DNA from: a virus
Taxonomy: Duplodnaviria > Caudoviricetes
Reading direction: 5' to 3' (one strand)
Length of the DNA: 64,000 nucleotides
Virus record (IMG/VR): IMGVR_UViG_3300048502_000133
Coordinates: 21,431 to 85,430 of that record
The notes under the pieces were generated by a model, which saw only the letters and a list, made by a program, of their open reading frames with translations, was not told the origin of the DNA and did no database searches. How positions within the stretch are numbered: the stretch's first letter is position 1; the number at the start of each line of letters is the position of its first letter. Positions 36,908 to 44,285 of the stretch are shown here, in pieces. The position numbers and the translations under genes were made by a program.

Positions 36908-39001
36908 ATGGCAGCTTCTCAATCGCTTGCACAGATTCTTTTTGATCCGGTCGCCACCACGAGCCCGAACAACCGGCCCTATGTAGACATTGGGAACCTT
37001 TCCAACGCCCCGATCCCGGTCGCGGTTATGTCAGGCGGTACCGCCGCCACGCAGTACACCAGCGCCGCTACGGTCTCCGGCAACCCTACTGGTATGGCAA
37101 TTGTGTTCAACAACGCCGGTACCTGGGCCACCGCTGGCTCCGTTACCCCGCTCCCGATCTCCGGCACCATCACCCCCGGATCGTCTGCCGCCATCAATGA
37201 CGGCGTGGTGACCACCCAGAAGGCAACGGTCGCGCAGTTCCACAACGCCGACAACCAGAACCCCGGCGGTACGGCCTACGGGCTACTCACCGGCGGCGTG
37301 GCCCAGCTGCTCAACATTGACGGCAACATCGATCGTCAGCGTGAGACAGGCACCGATAACGTCCCGGCCCAGGGCATCTCGACCGGATCCATGCAGATGG
37401 CCATGAGTTTCAACGGCCTGATGAGTGTGGACGCGACGGGCGCCGGTGTCCGCACCTTTACCCCGACCAGCCCCTCTACCTCCAACAGCGGCACCATCGC
37501 CGGTGTCCCCTGGTGGATCAAGCCTGGCACCGTTCTTTCCATCGACACCGGCGTCAATCAAGAATGGATCGTGGTCACCGCGACCAACGGTACCGTCCTG
37601 TCCAACGGGCAAGTCGTGACGGCTGGCACCACCTTCCAGGCAACCACGCTGCGCGCGCGCTCCGGTACCACGAATATCCCGTTTACCGGATTTACCTATA
37701 ACCAAGAACGGGACGCCGCCGGTGAGCTGGACGGCGCGACGGGCTCCGGTACCGCGCTGGCTGTCGATTATCTCTACAATGGCGGCGCCGGTGCAACGAG
37801 CGGCAACTACGATCGGGAACGATCGCTCTCCGGCCTGGGCCTGTTCGCGGGTGCCCTGAGCACCGCCACCCAGGGCACGTCAAGCCTGGTCTTCTCCGGC
37901 ACGCCGACCGGCCTGCAGCCCGGCACGCCGATCTTCCTCTACACCAGCTCCGCCGCCGGTACGGTCCCGTCCGAAGTGGTCTACGTCTCCACGCTCTACG
38001 TGTCCGGTACCACCGTACCGATCACCAGCACCATCCAGACCGCCGGTATCACCTACGCCCGCTTCAGCGCCAACAGCGTGATCGGTCCCGGCATCGCGGG
38101 CTTCCTGCCTACGGGCGAGGGCGCCGAAATCGCCGGTATCTTCTCCAACGCCCAGCAGCTGTACTACCTGATCCGGTCTGCCGAAGTAGACGCCATGCCG
38201 CTGGCAAGCGTGCCGATGGAAAACGCCGGGCTGTACAACGGCACCACCTTTGATCGCCAGCGTTCGGTGCTCAGTGACGCCCAGGCAGCCATTGGTATCG
38301 AAGCCGCGACGGACATGCTCTACAACGGTTCGACGTTCGATCGTGCCCGCAGCGCCACTGCGGACGCGATGGCTATCACCGGCGTCGAAGCCGCGTCGGA
38401 CATGCTCTGGAACGGCTCCAGCTTCGATAGAGCCCGTTCTGCGGTCTCCGATGCCCTGGCCACCACCGGCATCGAAGCGGCAAGCGAAATGCTCTGGAAC
38501 GGCTCCAGCTTTGACCGCGCCCGCAGCGCAACGATAGGCGATAACGTGGCGCCTACCGGCATCGGCGCCGATAGTTTCTACGTCGTGACCGCTGCCGCCG
38601 GTGGCGTGGCGTCTCTCTCACCGCTGCGCACCCCATCGGTCTTCAAGACCATTACCGCGACGGCGTCAGGCTCCACCGCGCTGTGGACGCCCGCCGGTGG
38701 GAAAAAGTTCCGCGCGATGCGGTATATCATCGAAGTCACCGGCAACGCCGCGATTGCGTCCGGCGGCGTCCTGACCATCGATCTCCTGGACAGCGCCGCG
38801 TCGTTCAACAACACCCATTCTGTGTGGGTACCGGCGTCGGCCCAGGCCACCACCCCAGGCGGCGGCTTCTCGACCGGCTGGATCGATCTGGGCAACGGCT
38901 ACCTGTCCACAACCGCGAACAACATCCTGAACGTCTCGCTGTCAGCCGCGCTCACCGCTGGCCTGGTACGCGTGACCATAGCAGGCACCGAAGAGTCGTA
39001 A
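36908..39001 (+). CDS. Gly/Thr/Ala-rich beta-structured virion (fibre/decoration-like) protein with 29-aa repeats
   Basis: Composition typical of virion fibres; four (Y/W)NG(S/T)(S/T)FDR repeats. Confidence 0.65.
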   Translation: MAASQSLAQILFDPVATTSPNNRPYVDIGNLSNAPIPVAVMSGGTAATQYTSAATVSGNPTGMAIVFNNAGTWATAGSVTPLPISGTITPGSSAAINDGVVTTQKATVAQFHNADNQNPGGTAYGLLTGGVAQLLNIDGNIDRQRETGTDNVPAQGISTGSMQMAMSFNGLMSVDATGAGVRTFTPTSPSTSNSGTIAGVPWWIKPGTVLSIDTGVNQEWIVVTATNGTVLSNGQVVTAGTTFQATTLRARSGTTNIPFTGFTYNQERDAAGELDGATGSGTALAVDYLYNGGAGATSGNYDRERSLSGLGLFAGALSTATQGTSSLVFSGTPTGLQPGTPIFLYTSSAAGTVPSEVVYVSTLYVSGTTVPITSTIQTAGITYARFSANSVIGPGIAGFLPTGEGAEIAGIFSNAQQLYYLIRSAEVDAMPLASVPMENAGLYNGTTFDRQRSVLSDAQAAIGIEAATDMLYNGSTFDRARSATADAMAITGVEAASDMLWNGSSFDRARSAVSDALATTGIEAASEMLWNGSSFDRARSATIGDNVAPTGIGADSFYVVTAAAGGVASLSPLRTPSVFKTITATASGSTALWTPAGGKKFRAMRYIIEVTGNAAIASGGVLTIDLLDSAASFNNTHSVWVPASAQATTPGGGFSTGWIDLGNGYLSTTANNILNVSLSAALTAGLVRVTIAGTEES
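38231..38530 (+). repeat. Four tandem 87-nt (29-aa) coding repeats
   Basis: Units start at 38231, 38318, 38405 and 38492: L(Y/W)NG..FDR.RS...DA.A.TG(I/V)EAA..M. Confidence 0.9.
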
Positions 39002-39177
39002 TCTGCCAGTGCCGGAGCGTTTGACCGGGCGCCCCGCAGCACATTTTCCCAGGCTTCCTGGGCTGGTTTTCCTTTCGCCAGCCTGGTAGCCTTCAGGCGG
39101 CGGTATGGCGCACCCTGGCCGCATGACCACACACATGCGTCCTTGCATACCGCCGCCCCCTTTTGCTAGAATGTCCA

Positions 39178-39297
39178 GCAGGAGAAACGCCCTGGCGGTA
39201 TCAGCCCCAGGGCGCTATCCTTGAGTCGGGCTCCGCGCATTGCGCACAACGCCCTTGAGCCCCCAGGTAGTGTTACCTGGGGGCTCCGTCTTTTCTT
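39178..39297 (+). ncRNA. Candidate ~120-nt small RNA
   Basis: TTGCAT-N18-TAGAAT (39143-39172, extended TG) upstream; hairpin CGCCCTGG..CCAGGGCG; terminator GAGCCCCCAGG/CCTGGGGGCTC plus T tract; no good ORF. Confidence 0.45.
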
Positions 39298-39308
39298 CCA
39301 GCAGCTGA

Positions 39309-39614
39309 TTACCGGAGTCTGTCCAGCGCCGCCTCTGCCTGTTCGAGCGCCAATCGTGCCGCCTCTACTTTGCCCGCCCGGTACCGCAGCAGCCCGCCCT
39401 GCTGGGCCAGCGCAAAGCCAATCCGCGCTATGAGCGCCATATCGTCCAGCGTCGCCTCCCGGAGCCGTTGTGTCTCTATCAGGGCAACAGCGATAGTATT
39501 TTGTAGTCTGTCTTCCTCACAGGCTACCGCGTTCGCTGCCTGCTCCCTGGCATCCAGCAGCCGCGCGTAGCGATCGTTCTGTGCCCGATCGCGGTACGCA
39601 GTACCTAGCATCAT
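39309..39614 (-). CDS. Hypothetical helical protein (leftward island)
   Basis: ATG after GGGGAGGG. Confidence 0.55.
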   Translation of the reverse strand: MMLGTAYRDRAQNDRYARLLDAREQAANAVACEEDRLQNTIAVALIETQRLREATLDDMALIARIGFALAQQGGLLRYRAGKVEAARLALEQAEAALDRLR

Positions 39615-39725
39615 CCCTCCCCCAGGCTGCACTGATACACATTCTCAATAAATACCCGCCGATCATCCCAAATTCGCGGCCCCGGAGCCGCCCCGCCCCG
39701 AAAAGGCTCTGATACTCATTCTCAC

Positions 39726-39932
39726 CTACTCAGGCCCCTCCCGCGCCTTGATCGTCGCCCCCAGGCACTGCTGCGTGGTAAAGAGATAGGTCTTCCGGTG
39801 GGGCTTCGTTTTCGGCGCGACCGCTACGCTGTAGTGTTGTGGCCCTCGCCAGAAGGCATACGGGCTCACCTCCGCCTGGACGGTCTCCGTGGTCAAGGCA
39901 TCGGCCCAGACCTTCGCCTCGTGCTCATTCAT
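39726..39932 (-). CDS. Small hypothetical protein
   Basis: 68 aa; ATGA-coupled to upstream 56-aa ORF. Confidence 0.55.
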   Translation of the reverse strand: MNEHEAKVWADALTTETVQAEVSPYAFWRGPQHYSVAVAPKTKPHRKTYLFTTQQCLGATIKAREGPE

Positions 39933-40099
39933 CCGCGCAACTCCCGCGCTAAGTCCTCAGACCAGCACGCTTGCCAGTCTGTCCAGCGCCCATAGCGCCG
40001 CTTGAGCCGGGTCATTTCCGGTAGATTCCCCGCGCTAATATCGGGCCATATATCATGCCAGCAGGCGTCATAGTGCCGAAGCTGCGAGGGACATGCCAT
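39929..40099 (-). CDS. 56-aa Trp-rich ORF (below ORF-track cut-off)
   Basis: MACPSQLRHYDACWHDIWPD..WTDWQACWSEDLARELRG; stop overlaps next ATG. Confidence 0.4.
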   Translation of the reverse strand: MACPSQLRHYDACWHDIWPDISAGNLPEMTRLKRRYGRWTDWQACWSEDLARELRG

Positions 40100-40126
40100 G
40101 GGGCTTCAGCCCCTGTGGTTCATGAC
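40062..40126 (-). mobile_element. Possible IS200/IS605 (IscB/HEARO-type) end remnant
   Basis: Minus strand GTCATGAAC-CACAGGGGC-TGAA-GCCCCATGG..TATGAC: GTCA start, CTGAAG-loop hairpin, closing GTCAT/ATGAC pair. No transposase or iscB ORF nearby. Confidence 0.35.
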
Positions 40127-40171
40127 CTCGTACGTACAAGGGCTCCGACACCCGGAGCCCACCACCACTGC

Positions 40172-40732
40172 CTACCGCGCGTACACCGTTGTCGGATCCA
40201 CCGCGAAGGTCTCCTGCCGCACGATTGCCGCCGCCTTCAGCGCCGCGACCAGCACCTCCAACTCCGCAATCTCCCGGACCCGCCCCGCTGCCTGTGCATT
40301 GCTGACCGTCTCACGCAGCACCTCGCGGCTATGGCGGATGGCGTCTACCTTCTGTGTGACCGCGTGCATCGCCTGGTTGATAGCTACTTCCTGCTCGACT
40401 GCCGTTGCCTGTGCGGTCGTGGTGTGCATCGTCTGCTCCTTCGTCTTCGTGTCTTCCTCATCTGCAAGCAGCATACCATACGTTGCAACGCGTGTCAACC
40501 CCTCCGCCGGTATTTGCTCTCCTGCTTCCCCAGGATCTCCCGTGCGTTCTACACTGCGTACCTGCTCTACGCGTAGTACGCTGCCGCGCTCCCAGTGCCG
40601 GAAGTTCTGCCCGGCAGTCGGTCCATCCCAGATGACCAGTACCAGCGTCCCGCCGCCCAGCAGGGCGCGCACGACGCCCTGCACCTTGTAATTGTTCGCG
40701 CGCGTCACGCGATCGCCTGCCTTGAGTACCAT
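40172..40732 (-). CDS. SH3-like N-terminal ORF read in frame through an internal promoter into a second ORF (internal ATG 40429)
   Basis: Internal promoter 40470-40498 and AGGAG RBS precede ATG 40429; both 186-aa and 85-aa products are possible. Confidence 0.6.
   Translation of the reverse strand: MVLKAGDRVTRANNYKVQGVVRALLGGGTLVLVIWDGPTAGQNFRHWERGSVLRVEQVRSVERTGDPGEAGEQIPAEGLTRVATYGMLLADEEDTKTKEQTMHTTTAQATAVEQEVAINQAMHAVTQKVDAIRHSREVLRETVSNAQAAGRVREIAELEVLVAALKAAAIVRQETFAVDPTTVYAR
40470..40498 (-). promoter_or_regulatory. sigma70 promoter with CGTTGCAACG operator
   Basis: Minus strand TTGACA-cgCGTTGCAACGtatgg-TATGCT, identical to 5369-5397. Confidence 0.9.
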
Positions 40733-40744
40733 CGGGCTTCCCTC

Positions 40745-41035
40745 CTACGCGCTCACCGCCACGCGGTCACGACGCACCGCGCGCCGCTCATACCAGTGCA
40801 GGGTGCCTACCAGCTTGCCGTTCTCCATCCGCTGGACCCCGTACGGCCCCTGCGCAAAGCGATCCTTGTGCCCGCGCGACTCGCATGTCTCCGCGTGCCA
40901 GCGCTTCTCCCAGACCAACCCGCAGCCCTCGCAGCGCCACAGAGCGCTCTTTACGGTACGCTCCACATAGGTGCCGGTGATCGTGGGCTCCATGACCGCA
41001 GTTTCGCTGGCTTCTACAAACGTACTTTTGCTCAT
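40745..41035 (-). CDS. Zinc-finger-like small protein
   Basis: CEGC..HAETC; RBS GAGGGG. Confidence 0.6.
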   Translation of the reverse strand: MSKSTFVEASETAVMEPTITGTYVERTVKSALWRCEGCGLVWEKRWHAETCESRGHKDRFAQGPYGVQRMENGKLVGTLHWYERRAVRRDRVAVSA

Positions 41036-41049
41036 TGCCCCGCCCCTCG

Positions 41050-41271
41050 CTACAGGCTTATCGTGCTGCCCACTACCCACGCTTCAATACGCTGTACCTG
41101 CCGGTTCGCCCGGATCGCCCGCCCCTGGGCCGCGCTATATGCTTCTACCCCGTAGGTGCCGCGCTTCCGGTTACGCGCATCCTGCTCATCACAATTCGCC
41201 ACATATGCCTTGCGCCGCGCCCGCGCCAATGCTTCTGCCTTATACTCTTCGGTAATGACGATGGTGTTCAT
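41050..41271 (-). CDS. Small hypothetical protein
   Basis: First ORF after an operator-promoter; GGGAG RBS. Confidence 0.6.
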   Translation of the reverse strand: MNTIVITEEYKAEALARARRKAYVANCDEQDARNRKRGTYGVEAYSAAQGRAIRANRQVQRIEAWVVGSTISL

Positions 41272-41311
41272 TGCTGCTCTCCCGTTCGTTCCGTCTCTCT
41301 CATCTGGCTAA

Positions 41312-41340
41312 AGCATATCACACGTTGCAACGCGTGTCAA
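41312..41340 (-). promoter_or_regulatory. sigma70 promoter with CGTTGCAACG operator
   Basis: Minus strand TTGACA-cgCGTTGCAACGtgtga-TATGCT. Confidence 0.9.
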
Positions 41341-41362
41341 CTAGCAAAATGGAGCAACATCT

Positions 41363-41782
41363 ATGTCTGTCTTGATCGGCACCACCACGCACAGCACCCC
41401 GATGATGGGCGGCACCCATACACGCTGCGGGCTCCTGTACAACCCGGCAAGCGCGACCTACGATACCGCAGAGTACAACTGCGCGGTCTGTACCGCGCTC
41501 AACGAGTGTGCGGCGCTGGATGCTGACGCGTACTTTGAGCTGGATCAGCGCAACCTGGCGATCCTCCGCGTAACGGGCGAGGCACCGGCGCCGGTCTTTC
41601 CGCCGGACTGCATTGTGATCTCCCGTTCGCTCCTGGCACAACTACCCGTAGAGGAGGCACTGGACCGGCTCCATAGGGTGTTCTTCGCCATGCCCTCCCC
41701 CGCCGCCCTGGCTGCCAGCGACACAGCCCCGGCGACCCTCCTTCCCATCATGGATGTGCAGACGGAAGAAGCCCCGGCGTGA
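41363..41782 (+). CDS. Cys/His zinc-binding hypothetical protein
   Basis: HTRCG..YNCAVC; GGAG RBS. Confidence 0.55.
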   Translation: MSVLIGTTTHSTPMMGGTHTRCGLLYNPASATYDTAEYNCAVCTALNECAALDADAYFELDQRNLAILRVTGEAPAPVFPPDCIVISRSLLAQLPVEEALDRLHRVFFAMPSPAALAASDTAPATLLPIMDVQTEEAPA

Positions 41783-42039
41783 AAGTACTCTTTGCCCCAC
41801 CCCCGCACAGAAAAGAGCCCCACTGGTCTACCGGGCGCCGCGTGCGCTGCTTTCTCTGCGCTGCTGTCCTGCAGCTGGAAGACGGCGACGCGCGCGACAC
41901 CTGGGCCGTTCGCGGCCTCACTGGCGACGCAGGGGCGACGATCACCTGCGGGAACTGCACGAGCCCTCTTGAGATTCGTCGCGCCGATCGCCAGGACACC
42001 ACCTACACGTATCCTAGCTGGAGCACCCTGAAGGAATAG
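41779..42039 (+). CDS. Zinc-ribbon protein
   Basis: HW..VRCFLC..L.LE..D..CGNC. Confidence 0.6.
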   Translation: MKVLFAPPPHRKEPHWSTGRRVRCFLCAAVLQLEDGDARDTWAVRGLTGDAGATITCGNCTSPLEIRRADRQDTTYTYPSWSTLKE

Positions 42040-42042
42040 CGG

Positions 42043-42345
42043 ATGAAACTCATACAACTCCCCCAGACCGCGAAACCGTTCCTGCACTGGGCACATGGCT
42101 GGACGGTGCGCTGCTTCAAGTGCCAGGCCCTCCTGGAGCTGGAACACACCGATCTGCTGCAGCAGCTGGGCGTTCGCGCCGACAAGGACACAGACGAAGC
42201 CCGCGCGTTCTGTATCCACTGCGGTACCGCGTTCAGCGTGCATCGGAACATGCCTATCAGCGAACCCGGCACGCCGATCACCGACCATTCCAACATGACG
42301 GTAGACGTGCATCCTACAACCAACCCGGTACCCGCAGGAGGCTAG
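42043..42345 (+). CDS. Zinc-ribbon protein, paralog of 41779..42039
   Basis: HW..VRCFKC..LELE..D..CIHC. Confidence 0.6.
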   Translation: MKLIQLPQTAKPFLHWAHGWTVRCFKCQALLELEHTDLLQQLGVRADKDTDEARAFCIHCGTAFSVHRNMPISEPGTPITDHSNMTVDVHPTTNPVPAGG

Positions 42346-42346
42346 G

Positions 42347-43222
42347 ATGGGCTACGCACCGACACGCTTGATTCCTGTCCCGGAGACGGTGCGGCGATCC
42401 GCCCGGCTGGTGAGCCTGCATCCCCGCCTGTCTCCGCATGGCAGGCACGCCGCCCGCCTGCTCACGACGCGCGCCAGCGTCTCCCGCCAGTTCCTGTCCC
42501 GGATAGCCCAGGAAATCGAGGCGGCAGACCCCATTGAATCCGCTGCCTGGGGTGGTGGTGCCGCGCGGGCCTGGATCCGCCGCGTCTACCTGGAAGAGCG
42601 CCTGGCGTGCCCGGATCCGGTCGATCTCCGCCCGCTGCTTCCGCCTTCGCTGGCACTGGTAGAATCTACCGGGCCGTTACCCATCCATGAGATCACGCTG
42701 GCCGGGCCTGGCTCTGGGCAGGAGCACCTGGCAACCATGCGCCGCACCGCCGCGCCGGTAGTTTCTACCGATCATGGGCTCTCCCCGGACTACGACACGA
42801 TCATCCGATCGGTGCATCATGCGCTTTCCACCGGGCGATCGGTCGCGCTGACGTATCTCCACACGAACCCGATAGAGACCTACGAAGAGAGTATTTTACC
42901 CCAGATCATCAAGACCGGCGTACCGGCGCCTGTCGATGCCCACGTAGACGGGCATCGACAGGCACAACAGACGTTCAAGAAGCTCTCCCGGACCTATCTT
43001 GGCACGTCAGACCCCAGGGTGAGCCTGTCAGCCCTGGACGTGTCCGACCGGACCAAAGACCCCGCACCGGCGGATATGCGCCTGCTGCGCGATCTGCCGC
43101 TCCACTCGCGCAGTGAACTCCAGGCAGGATGTAATCACGTATTGGATCGTGCCCATGCCGAAGGAACTCTCTCCGACCGACTCCGTAACCAATGTCGATC
43201 CGGGGACCAACCCGGAGGGTGA
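42347..43222 (+). CDS. Head-module protein: N-terminal phage AWGGxAxxxW domain fused to degenerate zeta-toxin-like domain
   Basis: SAAWGGGAARAW; C-terminal half aligns with 45343..46539 but the P-loop is LAGPGSGQEH (no Lys-Ser). Confidence 0.6.
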   Translation: MGYAPTRLIPVPETVRRSARLVSLHPRLSPHGRHAARLLTTRASVSRQFLSRIAQEIEAADPIESAAWGGGAARAWIRRVYLEERLACPDPVDLRPLLPPSLALVESTGPLPIHEITLAGPGSGQEHLATMRRTAAPVVSTDHGLSPDYDTIIRSVHHALSTGRSVALTYLHTNPIETYEESILPQIIKTGVPAPVDAHVDGHRQAQQTFKKLSRTYLGTSDPRVSLSALDVSDRTKDPAPADMRLLRDLPLHSRSELQAGCNHVLDRAHAEGTLSDRLRNQCRSGDQPGG

Positions 43223-43616
43223 AGGCGATGGGCCACCGAAGCCCGCGCCCAGCCCGGCGCCCGCGAAATCTTCATCCGATCCCGCGCCAGCCCCGGACGC
43301 ACCCGCTGACGCTGACACCGGCACCGCCCCGCCGCCCTCTCTCGCGGCGCATCACGAAGCCGTCAACGCCGATCACCTGCAGGCGCTCACGCAGGCGCGC
43401 GCGGCGAAGTCCACGCCTGGAAAGGAGCCCGCTGATGGCAAGCCCGATACCGACCAGGGAACCAGACCCCCGCCCGCTGCTGGAAAACCTGGAGCGCGCG
43501 ATCCTCGCATGGCACCGGGCACGCCAGGCACACCCACAGCAGGGCGGGTACAGCCCGTACAACCAGCGCCTGGAGGCGCTGGGCCAGGTGCCGGACGCCG
43601 CCCGCCCAGTCGTTGA
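43155..43616 (+). CDS. Pro/Ala-rich low-complexity protein
   Basis: ATG 43155 overlaps upstream gene; 3' end uncertain. Confidence 0.4.
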   Translation: MPKELSPTDSVTNVDPGTNPEGEGDGPPKPAPSPAPAKSSSDPAPAPDAPADADTGTAPPPSLAAHHEAVNADHLQALTQARAAKSTPGKEPADGKPDTDQGTRPPPAAGKPGARDPRMAPGTPGTPTAGRVQPVQPAPGGAGPGAGRRPPSR

Positions 43617-43668
43617 CGCGTTGACGAAGGTTCTGGAGGTAGGCTCATGTGGCCCCTGTTTGTCGTAA
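43435..43668 (+). CDS. Small helical protein
   Basis: AAAGGAG RBS then ATG; overlaps previous ORF. Confidence 0.45.
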   Translation: MASPIPTREPDPRPLLENLERAILAWHRARQAHPQQGGYSPYNQRLEALGQVPDAARPVVDALTKVLEVGSCGPCLS

Positions 43669-44276
43669 AAAGCACAGAGAGCGCGCAGATCTCGCTCCGC
43701 CGCTACGTGCGCGCGGCTACCCCCTGCCCCGGCAACCCCTGGCGCGGCTACCACGACGCATCGGTGATCGTGGGCGAAGAATCCTACGTACCGTACACCC
43801 CTATTGGCGACACGCACCCGCACGACGATCCGCTGTGGCCCGCGCACTGTACCTGTGGCTACCAGTTCACGCCAGAGGACGAATGGCAACGCGTCCACGA
43901 TCACCTCTACATCCGGGCCGATGACAGCGGCGACCCCTTCACCGTACACCAGCTCCCGATAGGCGCCGTCCTGGAAGTGCCCTGGATGCGCCAGCGATCG
44001 CGCCGCCCGTCACCGGAAGACCTGGCGAAGGGCACGAACCTGGGGCTGTTGTCCATCCACTACTGGCGCGACTGGGCAGGCACCCGCGAACCGCTGCTGG
44101 TCGAATGTCCTACCGGGAACTGGATTATTGACCAGACCTCCAGCAACGGCGACGGCTGGACCGTCACCGGCACGCCTCCCCTGCTGACCGCCCGCCCGTC
44201 GATTCTTTTACCGGGCTACCATGGCTGGTTGACCGATGGCGTGCTTTCCGACGATCTGGAAGGACGCACCTACTGA
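43647..44276 (+). CDS. Phage protein with C-terminal DUF6527-like domain
   Basis: WP.HC.CG; W.VTG.PP.LT.RPSI..PGYHGWLTDG. Confidence 0.55.
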   Translation: MWPLFVVKSTESAQISLRRYVRAATPCPGNPWRGYHDASVIVGEESYVPYTPIGDTHPHDDPLWPAHCTCGYQFTPEDEWQRVHDHLYIRADDSGDPFTVHQLPIGAVLEVPWMRQRSRRPSPEDLAKGTNLGLLSIHYWRDWAGTREPLLVECPTGNWIIDQTSSNGDGWTVTGTPPLLTARPSILLPGYHGWLTDGVLSDDLEGRTY

Positions 44277-44285
44277 GGAGGACGT

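Noticed and set aside
40013-40030. Iteron half-site CATTTCCGGTAGATTC far from the origin
   Set aside because: A single, imperfect copy within a probable ORF; not enough to call a second origin.
5369-41340. CRISPR array or mini-array built from the recurring 29-bp element
   Set aside because: Copies are dispersed kilobases apart, not separated by regular spacers, and each fits a -35/-10 promoter; no cas genes.
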